NCBI GenBank assembly: GCA_965226495.1
Contig: OZ245365.1
Span: forward strand, 2,944,001-3,008,000
DNA: 64,000 bases
DNA from: Candidatus Marinacidobacterales bacterium
GTDB taxonomy: Bacteria; Acidobacteriota; Vicinamibacteria; Marinacidobacterales; DATDRI01
Reading direction: 5' to 3'
The position numbers and the translations under genes are program-made. This document shows, one piece after another, positions 45,785-56,022 of the stretch; within the stretch, counting starts at the first letter, position 1, and every line of letters begins with the position of its first letter. A model generated the notes under the pieces. The model had not been told where the DNA came from. It searched no databases and saw only the letters and a list, made by a program, of their open reading frames with translations.

Positions 45785-46528
45785 ATGGCAGCCATACCTA
45801 GGCGGATCGATCTGCCCGTCCCCTACCCGGTACTCTTGAAATCGGCCCTCACTTCCGGCCGCGGGCAGCTCGTCAACGTCTCTTCGGATGGTGTCTACGT
45901 CGCCACGCGGATGCTTCTCCTCCCCCAGGCGCAGGTGAGCATGCTCATCATCCTGCCGGAGATGAAACATTCCATGAAGGCTGAGGCGCTCGTTACGTGG
46001 GAGAACCGAGGGGCCGTGCGTCGCGGAGGTTTACCTCCGGGCTACGGGCTGCGCTTTATCAAGCTCCCCGAGGAGACCGCGCACAAGATCCGGGAGCTTC
46101 TGGACACGGCAACGGATCCGTCGCCCACGATGCCCGTAGGACAGAAATACAGCGACTACTTTCAAGCCGAGGAAGAGCAACCCGAGGGGCCTCCCTATCC
46201 ACTCCAGGAGGAATCGCTTCTCCACCACGCTACCGACCAACCCGGAATATTCTCGCTTTCATACGACCGGACCCAGGAGGCATGGGTTGGCAGGGCGGAC
46301 CACAGTCTTCGAGGTACTCTCGCGAGCTTCGTCGGCGAGTATGCCTACTTCTACTGTGAGGTCATCGAGGACGCGACGGAGCGCTTCCATAGCGAGTGCA
46401 AGAGCTATCACCGCCTGGGAGGCGAGCGGGGGCAGCTAGACAACCTAGACCATCCCACACCACCTTCAGGTTCCGGCCTCGAGTGTCCCGTCTGTGTGCA
46501 AACCGCGCCGGCGCCGCCACGCGCTTAG
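45785..46528 (+). CDS. PilZ-like domain fused to GIY-YIG-like domain
   Basis: NVSSDGVYV, ALVTW, PPGYGLRF; C-terminal PGIFSL...WVGRAD..LR...ECKSYH..GG....LDN..HP......CPVC. Confidence 0.65.
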   Translation: MAAIPRRIDLPVPYPVLLKSALTSGRGQLVNVSSDGVYVATRMLLLPQAQVSMLIILPEMKHSMKAEALVTWENRGAVRRGGLPPGYGLRFIKLPEETAHKIRELLDTATDPSPTMPVGQKYSDYFQAEEEQPEGPPYPLQEESLLHHATDQPGIFSLSYDRTQEAWVGRADHSLRGTLASFVGEYAYFYCEVIEDATERFHSECKSYHRLGGERGQLDNLDHPTPPSGSGLECPVCVQTAPAPPRA

Positions 46529-47685
46529 CCACTCCTTCTCATCACGAACTCCGGTTTGATCTCTCGGAGGGATGGCGTGCCTGCAAGCTGCATCGCGCGG
46601 ACGAGCTCGGCACGCAGAAGATCGAGCACTTGTTCAACGCCAGACTGACCAAAGGCGGAAAGCCCCCACACGTAGGGTCGGCCGATGCAGATGGCGGCGG
46701 CGCCAAGAGCCAATGCCTTGAAGATGTCGGTTCCTCGGCGGAAGCCACCATCGATGAGAACCGGGAGCCGACCTTGAACGGCCTCCAAGACTTCCGGCAA
46801 GCATTCCATGGTCCCCCGGTTGCTCTCTTCCTGTCGGCCACCATGGTTGGAAACGATGAGCCCGTCCGCACCGTGCTCCACAGAAAGCTTGGCATCTTCG
46901 CGCGTCACGATTCCCTTGAGAAGAACCTTCATTCGAGTATTCGCCTTCAACCAGGCGACGAAGTCCCAGCTCAGACTCGGATCGCCAATGGAACTCGGGA
47001 GCGGTTTGCCCCTGAAGTTCCCCACCGGATCGGGATCAGATGACAGCAGCGCAGGAATGTAGCCGATTGCCCGCTCCCGGCTAGCGATGACCGGCAGGTC
47101 TACGGTGAGAGCAACGACCGGACAGCCCGCTGCCTCCGCTTGACGCAGCAGGTCCCGAGTCGCATCCCGATCCGTGGTTGGATAAAGCTGAAACCAGACC
47201 GGCCGGCCACTCGCTTCCGCGATCTCGCCGATCGAATAACTGGAGGCGGTGGAGGCGATCATCAAATGTTTCTTCGCGGCTGCGCCTCGAGCGGAAGCCA
47301 ACTCCCCTTCCGGATGCATGGGCCGTTGCAACCCCACCGGCGCCAGGATAATCGGCGTCTCATGAGTTTCCCCAAACAACCGCATACTCGTGTCGACCTT
47401 GCTCACATCCACGAGTCGTCGAACGCGTAGTTGCAACCGATCAAAGGCCTCGCGATTGGCACGCATCGTTTTCTCATCGTCGGCCCCACCCGCAATGAAG
47501 TTGTAGACCGGCTTGGGCAGCCTGCCTCGTGCCACGGGCTCGAACTGGAAGACATTTATGGCTTCCGCAGCGGTACCGGGAAGCTCTTCCTGGAGCGCGT
47601 TCGCGAGGCCGGTCGCGAAGTAGCCGATAAGTGGTGAGTAGGCCAAGAACCGCAAGAACTCTCTGCGAGGGTTTGCCTCCATCAC
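46525..47685 (-). CDS. FMN-dependent alpha-hydroxy-acid oxidase with Tat-like N-terminus
   Basis: WFQLY, LTVD, LKG, SNHGGRQ, DGGFRRGTD; PRREFL N-terminal motif. Confidence 0.9.
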   Translation of the reverse strand: MMEANPRREFLRFLAYSPLIGYFATGLANALQEELPGTAAEAINVFQFEPVARGRLPKPVYNFIAGGADDEKTMRANREAFDRLQLRVRRLVDVSKVDTSMRLFGETHETPIILAPVGLQRPMHPEGELASARGAAAKKHLMIASTASSYSIGEIAEASGRPVWFQLYPTTDRDATRDLLRQAEAAGCPVVALTVDLPVIASRERAIGYIPALLSSDPDPVGNFRGKPLPSSIGDPSLSWDFVAWLKANTRMKVLLKGIVTREDAKLSVEHGADGLIVSNHGGRQEESNRGTMECLPEVLEAVQGRLPVLIDGGFRRGTDIFKALALGAAAICIGRPYVWGLSAFGQSGVEQVLDLLRAELVRAMQLAGTPSLREIKPEFVMRRSG

Positions 47686-47810
47686 TCCTCCCTACCGTTG
47701 TAACTGGGATTCGACACTCGCCTCGGAAAAACCCCAGATGCTTACGTGCGGCTCGACAGCCAACCCGACTCCCACGAGAAGTACGCCCACCACGGGGAGA
47801 ATGAGTTTCA

Positions 47811-48572
47811 TTATCGGCTGGCGAGTCCGCCAGCGGTTTCTCCGCCGTCCATCGTATAAACATGTCCGGTAATAAAGGCCGCATCGTCGGAGGCGAGGAA
47901 GGCGAAGAGAGCGGCGATTTCCTCAGGCTTGGCATGGCGGCCCAGCGGTATCTTTTGATTCACCGCGCGCAGCTCCTCTTCGGAGTATTCGGCTTGCTGC
48001 ATCGGCGTCAGGACGTAGCCGGGGGCGACCGCGTTGACTCGCACCTTCGGCGCAAGCTCGAGCGCCATCGATCTCGTGAGCGCGATGACACCGGCTTTGC
48101 TCGCGTTGTAGTCGGCGTAGTACGGATAACCGAAGCGACCGTTGGTCGATGCGGTGTTCAGGATAACGCCACCTTCTCCCTCAACCCCCTCAATCATGCT
48201 GCGCGCTGCGGCCTGCGCCACGTAGAAGACTCCGGTGAGATTGACCGCAAGGACACGATCCCATTCCTCGGCGGTGATATCCAAGAAAGAGTGGCGGATA
48301 CTAATCCCCGCGTTATTGATCACGACGTCGACGCCGCCCATGACATCTTTCGCCTCGCCGAAGGCGCCCCGAACCTGGTCTAGGTTCGAAACGTCGCAAA
48401 CGATTGAGCCAGCGAGCTCCGGAACCCCGTCAGCGAACTTCCTTCCCGCCTCTTCGTCGCGATCCAGAATCACCGTCCGTGCCCCTTCCTCAAGGAAGCG
48501 ATGGGCAGTTGCCGCGCCGATGCCGCTCGCACCGCCGGTGATCAGGACCCTCTTTCCCGTCAGACCTCGCAT
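47811..48572 (-). CDS. SDR family oxidoreductase
   Basis: TGGASGIG, NNAG, YNASK. Confidence 0.9.
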   Translation of the reverse strand: MRGLTGKRVLITGGASGIGAATAHRFLEEGARTVILDRDEEAGRKFADGVPELAGSIVCDVSNLDQVRGAFGEAKDVMGGVDVVINNAGISIRHSFLDITAEEWDRVLAVNLTGVFYVAQAAARSMIEGVEGEGGVILNTASTNGRFGYPYYADYNASKAGVIALTRSMALELAPKVRVNAVAPGYVLTPMQQAEYSEEELRAVNQKIPLGRHAKPEEIAALFAFLASDDAAFITGHVYTMDGGETAGGLASR

Positions 48573-48598
48573 GTCACCCCCGCCCGCTCACTGCTCCC

Positions 48599-49930
48599 TC
48601 ACTCGCTGCGGGCTAGATCGTCCAACGACTCGCCGATTGCAACCACGGCGGCGTCGATGTCGGCGTCCTGGTGGGCCAGACAGGTTACCGAGTGGAGGGC
48701 GGCGGAGGGGCTGATGTAAACGCCTCGCCGAATCAGGCTGTGGGCGAAGCGCTTGAACTTGGCCGCATCTACATGTGCACAGTAATCGCGATAGTTTCGA
48801 ATGACAGGTTGTTCCGTGAACATCACCTGAAGCATCGGGCCGACTCCCTGAACGATCGCCTTCACCCCGCTAGCCTCGATGGCATCAGCGATTCCCTTCT
48901 GTAGCCTCACCCCCAATTCGTGAAGACGTCGAAAGCCACGATTATCGTCTCGCGTCAGCTCGTCGAGACTCGCCTGCACGATGTGCAGCCCGAGCCGAGG
49001 GGCGTTCTGCGTGCCGTAGTGAAGCACGCCGCCCCATCGAAAACCATCCATGATCTCGGCAGAGCCGCTGATCGCAGCCACCGGGTAGCCGCAACCGAGT
49101 GCTTTACCGAAGGTCGTAATGTCGGGTCGAACGTCATAGATCTCGGCGCAACCGCCCGCGGCGACGCGAAAGCCGGTCACCGTTTCGTCCATGATCATGA
49201 GGATCTTGCGATCCCGCGTCAGTTCCCGAACGTGTTTCAAGAAGCCTGGTTCCGGAGGAATGACTCCGATGTTCGCCATGATCCCTTCGGTGATCACCGC
49301 AGCAAGCTGCCCCGAGTGAGAATCGATCGCGCGCTCGAGGGCGTCGGGGTCGTTCCAAGGAACGACGATGGTGTTGGCGAACGCTTCCGAAGGCACGCCC
49401 GAGCTGTCTGGAATCGTCACCGGATCATGAGGATGCCCGAGGGAACTGATGGCATGAGGGTGAGAGCTGAGCAGAAAATCATCGTACCAACCATGGTAGT
49501 GCCCCTCGAATTTGATGAATTTGCTCCGTCCGGTGATGCCGCGCGCCAGACGAATGGCTGCCATGGCGGCTTCGGTGCCGGTGTTCGCGAATCGGATCCT
49601 CTCTGCACCGGGGACCATGCCCACGAGTTTTTCTGCAACTTCCACTTCGACCGCCGACGCAGTGGCGAAGAGGCTTCCCCCGGAGATCGTGTCGCGGACC
49701 GTCTCGACGATTCGCGGATGGGCATGCCCTAAGGGCAAGGCCCCATAAGCGAGCATGAGATCGATATACTCGTTGCCATCGACGTCATAGAGTCGGCATC
49801 CTTCGCCCCGATCCATAAAGATTGGATGGGGTTCGTAATTGATGCGTCCCCGCGATGGTGAGCTTACGCCTTCGACCAAGACATCGAGAGCTCGCGTATA
49901 CCACTCGGCCGATTTGTCCGTTGGAACCAT
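48599..49930 (-). CDS. Class III PLP aminotransferase (GSA-aminomutase-like)
   Basis: FANTGTEA, GHYHG, MDETVTGFR, FGKALG. Confidence 0.85.
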   Translation of the reverse strand: MVPTDKSAEWYTRALDVLVEGVSSPSRGRINYEPHPIFMDRGEGCRLYDVDGNEYIDLMLAYGALPLGHAHPRIVETVRDTISGGSLFATASAVEVEVAEKLVGMVPGAERIRFANTGTEAAMAAIRLARGITGRSKFIKFEGHYHGWYDDFLLSSHPHAISSLGHPHDPVTIPDSSGVPSEAFANTIVVPWNDPDALERAIDSHSGQLAAVITEGIMANIGVIPPEPGFLKHVRELTRDRKILMIMDETVTGFRVAAGGCAEIYDVRPDITTFGKALGCGYPVAAISGSAEIMDGFRWGGVLHYGTQNAPRLGLHIVQASLDELTRDDNRGFRRLHELGVRLQKGIADAIEASGVKAIVQGVGPMLQVMFTEQPVIRNYRDYCAHVDAAKFKRFAHSLIRRGVYISPSAALHSVTCLAHQDADIDAAVVAIGESLDDLARSE

Positions 49931-49947
49931 TGCACTCCCCTCGACGT

Positions 49948-51087
49948 CTACCTCGTTTGATTCACATAGGTATCGAAGCAACGATGCAAGTCGCTCGCCG
50001 CCGCCTCGACCTCCTCGAACCGCATCCGTGGCCAATCGTATCGCAAAAACTCGCGCAGTATACCCGCCGTTTTGTCGGTGAAGACAACCGTTCCATCCTC
50101 TTCAATCGATTCGATGCCGTCCCATCGATGAGACGCGCGATTCACCTCTACCGCATCCTCCTTTTGCCAGGTAGGCGGGAGATCCAAGCGCACCGTTCGG
50201 TCCTGTACAACCACCGGGTAGCCACCCGGCAAGCCCGCAGGGGCGGGAAGGTGCATGCTGGTCGTTTTCTCGGACGGCTCCAGAAAAGCGCGAATGGCGG
50301 AGATGAAGGTGCCAACGGTCAGAAACTGGAACTCCAATCCGGCCGGCAATCGGTACTCCCCCAGCAAGATCGACCGCAGATCCGAATCAGACATGACACT
50401 CCCACCATTCACTTCCGCCGCCACGAGGAACGGTGGGGGCTCGCCACCGTTCTGCGATCGAGTAAACACGTAGGGCTGGAGGGCGTGATGCGCGGCTAGC
50501 CATACCCGCACGTTGGTTGCTTCCACCGACAAACGATCGGCAATCAAACACTGGAGCTTAGGAACAAGCTCGCATACGTTCCCGACACCGCCCGTCGGCG
50601 CCAGTCCTTGCGTCGCCAGGATCGGATTGACGACGTCCGGGTAGGGAGCCGAGAGGATCGGCGTGCCCAACTCCGATTGTTTCCAGGCTTTCATGAACCG
50701 GATCATCGGTAGCAACTGGAACGGAAGCCACGCACCGAACCCCGCCGGTCGAAGTGGGTCGGCCAAGCGTGCCTCGACCTCATCCAGGACCCACCAGGAT
50801 TGAATGCTGGGGGCCGCCAGCGTCACGTCGGGTCGAAGCGTGGCGAGGGTTTCCGCGGACGCCGCGACATCGTTCAGATCGAACTCAACCACTCGAAGAG
50901 TCGGGAAGAAGCCTTCGGCGGCGGCTCCCATGCGGGCAAGGTGGACGCCGGGCATGGCGCGCTCGGGATTGCGCGTGGCGACGATGATCTCTGCGATTCG
51001 CCGCCGGCGAGCCAGGATCTGAAGGACTAGGCTGTTCAGCTTTCCGAGACTGACCAATAGGATACGGCTTGTCCGAGCGCTGGGCAC
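49948..51087 (-). CDS. Rossmann-fold protein, saccharopine-dehydrogenase/LDH-like, function unknown
   Basis: ILLVSLGKL degenerate Rossmann start, YPDVVNP, GVGN, PAGLPGGYPV, DGIESIEEDGTVVF. Confidence 0.55.
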   Translation of the reverse strand: MPSARTSRILLVSLGKLNSLVLQILARRRRIAEIIVATRNPERAMPGVHLARMGAAAEGFFPTLRVVEFDLNDVAASAETLATLRPDVTLAAPSIQSWWVLDEVEARLADPLRPAGFGAWLPFQLLPMIRFMKAWKQSELGTPILSAPYPDVVNPILATQGLAPTGGVGNVCELVPKLQCLIADRLSVEATNVRVWLAAHHALQPYVFTRSQNGGEPPPFLVAAEVNGGSVMSDSDLRSILLGEYRLPAGLEFQFLTVGTFISAIRAFLEPSEKTTSMHLPAPAGLPGGYPVVVQDRTVRLDLPPTWQKEDAVEVNRASHRWDGIESIEEDGTVVFTDKTAGILREFLRYDWPRMRFEEVEAAASDLHRCFDTYVNQTR

Positions 51088-51089
51088 GT

Positions 51090-52676
51090 CTAGCTCAAGT
51101 TGACTTTAGCCTCGGCAAAAAGCGCACCTGCACCGCGCCGCGCCGCGAACACCGCCGCGGTAAGGAGCGCGCAGGCCAGACCGAAGAGCGCGATGCCCAA
51201 CAGTTGGAGCCAACCGGCCATGCCCGACGGCTGCAATAGTGCTGCAAGCGGCGTCATAATGTCGAAAGACAACGCCTCTGCCCTCATAGTCTTGAGCGCA
51301 GCGAGGGCCACCACCACTAGGCTGGCACTTACCGCTCCGGCGATACCCCCTAGCATCCCTCTGAACGAGAGCTGTTTGGCAGATAGGGGCTCGAGCTTGG
51401 AAGGCGGTCTCACCTCGAACTTAGGCTCGCGGACGCCGAGAGGGACGAAGCGCGACAGCAACACCAGTCCGGGGATCGAGCAGGGGATCGTAAACAAGAA
51501 GAACATCCTCCAACCCATCGCATCGACGAGAAAACCGCTGATTGGGCCGGCGAGAATGCGCGGAAGGCCGAACAGACTCGTAAAGAGCGCGTATTGGGTC
51601 GCGGAGAAACGCTTCTGCGTCATGCGCAGTAGCAGAACCGAGTAGGCCCCAGTCCCCATGCCGGATGTCAGCAGCTCGAAACCGGTCGCTCCGTACATGA
51701 GTGGGCGACTGAACTCGCTCCCCGCCAGGATGAAATAGCCGATGTTCGAGAACGCCTGAAGAAGTCCGAAGGCCCACAGCGAAGGGCCCAGACCGATCAC
51801 CGTGGTCACCGCACCACCGAAGAATGCGCCCACTATCGTAGCGACGGCTCCCACTGAAGCGAGCGCCACGCCGCGATCGAAAGCGTTGTACCCCATATCG
51901 ATCAAAAACGGTCGGGTCAGAGACTGAGCCAACTGGTCGGCGAATTTGTAAAAGAAAACGAATGCGAGGATCTCGAGCGCGCGGTGGCGGCTCAGAAATC
52001 CCAGGAAGGGTAACCAGACTGCGTCGCGGAGCGTTCGCGGGGCAACCAATTTCTCCTCGGGCTCCGGGGCTTTCCACGTGATGACGAGCATCGGCAGGTA
52101 GGCCAACGCCAGACCGATGTTGACGAGCGACCAGGAGTAGGCCGCCGCCAGCGTGATGCTCAGACCGCCGGCAAAGAACATGGCGGCCCGGTAGACAGCG
52201 ATGCGGGCGCCCACCGCCACACCCTGCTCGGCCGGACGGAGGACATCCACCGCGTAGGCATCGATGGCGATGTCTTGGCTCGCTGACGCGAAAGCGATGG
52301 CCAATGCCAGAGCACCCACCACCCAAACCGAGTTCGGGTGATCGCCCACCCCGGCGAGCATCAATGTCGACACGAACAGGGCGACCTGGGCGATAGCCGT
52401 CCATCCGCGACGGCGACCGAGGAACGGGGGGACGTACCGATCCATGAAGGGCGACCAGAGAAACTTGAAGGTCCAGGGTGCTTGCGCCAGGGTGATGATG
52501 CCCACGACACGGATGTCGACGCCGATATCTCGCATCCAATCGGGGATGGCGTACCATACGAGGCCAAGGGGCATCCCGGAAGAGAAAGAGAGAAGGGAAA
52601 CGAAAAGCGTGCGTCGCGACTTTGCGGCCGCGATCAGACTGTCCCAGGTTTTAAGTCGGCGCCGGTTTTCGCTCAC
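51090..52676 (-). CDS. ampG: AmpG-family MFS permease
   Basis: FSSGMP, PWTFKFLWSPFMDR, GRRRGW, SASQDIAIDAY, SATQYALFTSL. Confidence 0.85.
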   Translation of the reverse strand: MSENRRRLKTWDSLIAAAKSRRTLFVSLLSFSSGMPLGLVWYAIPDWMRDIGVDIRVVGIITLAQAPWTFKFLWSPFMDRYVPPFLGRRRGWTAIAQVALFVSTLMLAGVGDHPNSVWVVGALALAIAFASASQDIAIDAYAVDVLRPAEQGVAVGARIAVYRAAMFFAGGLSITLAAAYSWSLVNIGLALAYLPMLVITWKAPEPEEKLVAPRTLRDAVWLPFLGFLSRHRALEILAFVFFYKFADQLAQSLTRPFLIDMGYNAFDRGVALASVGAVATIVGAFFGGAVTTVIGLGPSLWAFGLLQAFSNIGYFILAGSEFSRPLMYGATGFELLTSGMGTGAYSVLLLRMTQKRFSATQYALFTSLFGLPRILAGPISGFLVDAMGWRMFFLFTIPCSIPGLVLLSRFVPLGVREPKFEVRPPSKLEPLSAKQLSFRGMLGGIAGAVSASLVVVALAALKTMRAEALSFDIMTPLAALLQPSGMAGWLQLLGIALFGLACALLTAAVFAARRGAGALFAEAKVNLS

Positions 52677-52683
52677 TAGGGAT

Positions 52684-54354
52684 TCAACTCCGGGACCGGT
52701 AGATTTCTTCAACTTGGTCGAGCTCGGACAACTTCCTGGAGTCATCCCAATTCAACTCGCCGGCCATGATGGTGGCACACGATTTCAAACACTCGTCCCC
52801 CGGGTGCCCGGCCGAGCCAAGCTCCGTGCGCCGGAGTACGACGCTCGCGAGGTCCATAGCCTGCTCCTCCCGGATCGCATGAATCACTTCCGCTCTCAAC
52901 ACGGTCGCGCCTTCCTTCACGGGCTGGGCGCATGCGGGATCTTCATCGATGTACGCCAGAATTCGTCGGCATTCTGAGCCATAGGTGTAAACGAGGTGAC
53001 GCACGATGTCATCGTTTAGACCATGAGGTTTTCGCTTCGTCTCATGAGCCAGGAAATCCGAGAAACTCTCAACCGCCCCTCCGTAAACGGGAGTGCTGGA
53101 GGTGCGGGATGAGGGAGCCTTCCTTCCAAGCATGTGGAAGACATGTGTGACCGCCTTTTCCGCCACGTCACGCGCCGTGGTGTACTTGACGCCCACCATA
53201 CTAACGAGTCCTTCCAAACCCTCTCGGCGGTGATCGTGAATCCGATATTGTTTGACCAGATTGACTGGCGCGACGCCGTTGCTGTTGTCTTTGTTGTTCT
53301 TGTTGTCTTTGTTGTCCGGGGGCACCATCGGGAGGAGCCCGCGGTGCACGAGACGCACGTCCTCGCGACGAAGTTGGGCGGCTGGATAGCCACTATTGAC
53401 TTCGTCCAAGAGCTCTTGGACGTCCTCTTCCTTTGCCTCGAAGTCGTCGGGATCCCCGTCATAGACGGCGTGCCTCGTGCCGACCATCGAAAAGCCGCGC
53501 CAAGGAATGACGAATAGAATCTGTTTGCGCTTGCTGGTCACCCCCACCGCGACATCTTTTACGATGGGTCGGGTGACGAGGTTCATCGCCTTCGAGAAAT
53601 AGAAAAAGCGGGGTCGACTCGTGCCCTCCAAACCATCGAGCATGCGATCCACCCAGGGACCCGCGGCGTTCAGGACGACGCGTCCTTGGATCTCGAGCTC
53701 CGTTTGCCCGATACGATCTTTTGCCGTGATTCCGCGCACTCGGTTTCCATCGCGAAGGAAGCCCGTCGCTTCGACGTAATTAGCAACGCGTGCGCCGGCC
53801 TCGTCGGCCGAAAGGACAAACGATAGTGTCAAACGGTCGGAGTTATGAATCTGCGCGTCATACCAGAGTGCCGCTCCGGTCAAGCCCCGTTCCTCGACAC
53901 CGGGCACCAATCGACGGCACTCGGCGCGTGAAACGGTCCTGCCCGGAGGAAGGAATTTCCCGGGATCGAGATTCCGGTTCCGATCGAAGCTCACCACGTC
54001 ATTCAAGAAGAGGGCGGCTGACAGAATGGAACGACGACGAATCCCCTTGCGGTAGGTCGGCAGAAGAAACGGGAGCGGATGGACGAGGTGTGGGGCTATC
54101 CGCATGAGGGTGCGCCGCTCCCGGACCGACTCGCGCATGCGGGGCAGATCGGCGTGTTGAAGATAGCGGAGGCCGCCGTGAACCGTCTTTAGGTTGTTGA
54201 AGGAAGTGGCCCCGCCGAAATCCCCTTTATCCACCAGGGCAACCGAGAGCCCCCGGAGAGCAGCATCCCATGCCGCGGCCGCTCCGTAGACACCGGCCCC
54301 GACGATGACTAGATCGAACTCCTGGTTTTCGAGAGAGGAGAGGTCTCGCTGCAT
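52684..54354 (-). CDS. glpD: FAD-dependent glycerol-3-phosphate dehydrogenase/oxidase
   Basis: IVGAGVYG, DFGGATS, HGGLRYL, NAAGPW, KYTTAR, LRRT. Confidence 0.8.
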   Translation of the reverse strand: MQRDLSSLENQEFDLVIVGAGVYGAAAAWDAALRGLSVALVDKGDFGGATSFNNLKTVHGGLRYLQHADLPRMRESVRERRTLMRIAPHLVHPLPFLLPTYRKGIRRRSILSAALFLNDVVSFDRNRNLDPGKFLPPGRTVSRAECRRLVPGVEERGLTGAALWYDAQIHNSDRLTLSFVLSADEAGARVANYVEATGFLRDGNRVRGITAKDRIGQTELEIQGRVVLNAAGPWVDRMLDGLEGTSRPRFFYFSKAMNLVTRPIVKDVAVGVTSKRKQILFVIPWRGFSMVGTRHAVYDGDPDDFEAKEEDVQELLDEVNSGYPAAQLRREDVRLVHRGLLPMVPPDNKDNKNNKDNSNGVAPVNLVKQYRIHDHRREGLEGLVSMVGVKYTTARDVAEKAVTHVFHMLGRKAPSSRTSSTPVYGGAVESFSDFLAHETKRKPHGLNDDIVRHLVYTYGSECRRILAYIDEDPACAQPVKEGATVLRAEVIHAIREEQAMDLASVVLRRTELGSAGHPGDECLKSCATIMAGELNWDDSRKLSELDQVEEIYRSRS

Positions 54355-54398
54355 TCTGCTAAACAGATACTATAATAAAGTCCACGCTTGGAGGTTGA

Positions 54399-55190
54399 AT
54401 GCCGTCGGAGACCGCCACAACGATCGATCCCGCTTCGCAGCTGGGACGAGTCCAGGAATACTGGAACGAGCGGATCCACGACCTTGAGATGACGTCCCAC
54501 GAGCCCGGGACCCGAGAATTCTTCGCAGATCTCGACGAATATCGATTCGACAAACTACGGTATCTCCCCAAGCTGGTCGATTTTTCCGGCTATAAAGGGA
54601 GGCGTCTACTCGAGGTCGGTTGCGGAATCGGAACGGATTTGGTTCGCTTCGCCAAAGGAGGAGCGCAGGCCGTTGGAGTCGATTTCTCCAGTACTGCCCT
54701 CGATCTTGCCCAGAAGAACGCCGATTGCTCGGAGGCCTCGGTCGAGCTTCATCTTGCCAATGGAGAAGACCTCCCCTTCGATGACGGCTCCTTCGATGTC
54801 GTCTATGGCCACGGTGTCTTGCAGTACACCGCCGATCCCGAAAAGATGGTCGCAGAGTGCCGCAGAGTCTTGGTGCCCGGCGGTCAAGCCATCTTCATGG
54901 TCTACAATCGCATCTCTTGGTTGAACGCGCTCTCCAAGCTGATGAAGGTTCCGCTCGAGCACGAGGACGCGCCGGTACTACGAAAGTTCTCAATTGGGGA
55001 GTTCAAGCAGTTGTTGAGCGGATTCGCCAGCGCCCGCATCGTACCCGAGCGGTTTCCGGTCCGCTCGCGCCTTCATGGAGGATGGAAGGGCTTCGTCTAC
55101 AACAACCTCTTCGTTGGCCCCTTCCAACTCCTGCCACGGCCCTGGGTGCGGCCGCTAGGCTGGCACCTGATGGGTTTTTGTCAACGCTAG
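54399..55190 (+). CDS. Class I SAM-dependent methyltransferase
   Basis: LLEVGCGIG, LPFDDGSFDVV, RVLVPGG. Confidence 0.9.
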   Translation: MPSETATTIDPASQLGRVQEYWNERIHDLEMTSHEPGTREFFADLDEYRFDKLRYLPKLVDFSGYKGRRLLEVGCGIGTDLVRFAKGGAQAVGVDFSSTALDLAQKNADCSEASVELHLANGEDLPFDDGSFDVVYGHGVLQYTADPEKMVAECRRVLVPGGQAIFMVYNRISWLNALSKLMKVPLEHEDAPVLRKFSIGEFKQLLSGFASARIVPERFPVRSRLHGGWKGFVYNNLFVGPFQLLPRPWVRPLGWHLMGFCQR

Positions 55191-55201
55191 TCTGTCCGTC
55201 G

Positions 55202-55906
55202 CTATTCCTTCACCTTGAATGACGGTCCGCTCTTGATGGCGAAGGTTTGCCCGTCGAAACTCGCCTCGACCGAGTGATCCTGCTTGTAGGTTACGTCGTC
55301 ACCCCTGACCGAGAACCAGCGGCCGGCAGTGAGACGAACCGAGTCCCCATCTCGAACGAACGTACCCGATCCGGCGATCGCCTCGCCTTCCGGTGTGGCG
55401 ACAAAGATGAAATGGCCGTCGGTCAGAGCCAGATATCCACGGTCGAGATTCACGATTTGAGCGGACCCATCATCTACCCTCTTGAACTTCTGGATGGTGC
55501 TCGTGCCGAACGTGACGGTAAGCTCGTCGCCGGCTCGCTCAACAACCAAATCGTGCTGCCCCTCCCGATTTTCGGCCAGCGGCTTCTCCGCATTGGGGAA
55601 CACTACCAGACCCAAGTCGGCAAAAAGCTTGAGAGCATCCCCGTCTACCTGATAGGAGCCGGCGTGCGCTTGCCCCACTTGCTCCTCGAGTGGCCCCGCT
55701 CCACCGATCGCCTGTTGGACGAAATAGCCGTCCTGAAAAAGGAAGAAACCTACGATGGGCGTTTGATCCTGCCCCCCGGATTGAATCGTCGTATAAGCCC
55801 AAAGACCTTGTACCATCTCTTCGACCGACTCCTCTGATTCATGTGCCACCGTACTCGCCGAGGCCAGCAGCGCCGCGAGCACTACCGTGAGACGCAATCG
55901 TTTCAT
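55202..55906 (-). CDS. Secreted hypothetical protein (lipocalin-like beta repeats)
   Basis: Signal peptide; GLW, AHAGSYQVDGD, AGSGTFVRDGD. Confidence 0.65.
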   Translation of the reverse strand: MKRLRLTVVLAALLASASTVAHESEESVEEMVQGLWAYTTIQSGGQDQTPIVGFFLFQDGYFVQQAIGGAGPLEEQVGQAHAGSYQVDGDALKLFADLGLVVFPNAEKPLAENREGQHDLVVERAGDELTVTFGTSTIQKFKRVDDGSAQIVNLDRGYLALTDGHFIFVATPEGEAIAGSGTFVRDGDSVRLTAGRWFSVRGDDVTYKQDHSVEASFDGQTFAIKSGPSFKVKE

Positions 55907-56022
55907 TAGGCCTCTCCTTTCGCTGCTTTCAGCGCGGACCTTAACAGCGACGCTCGGTCGGTGTCAATCCCCTTTTAAATTGCTCGGTTCGGCTATAATA
56001 TGCCCCTCGAAGAGGAGGTGTC

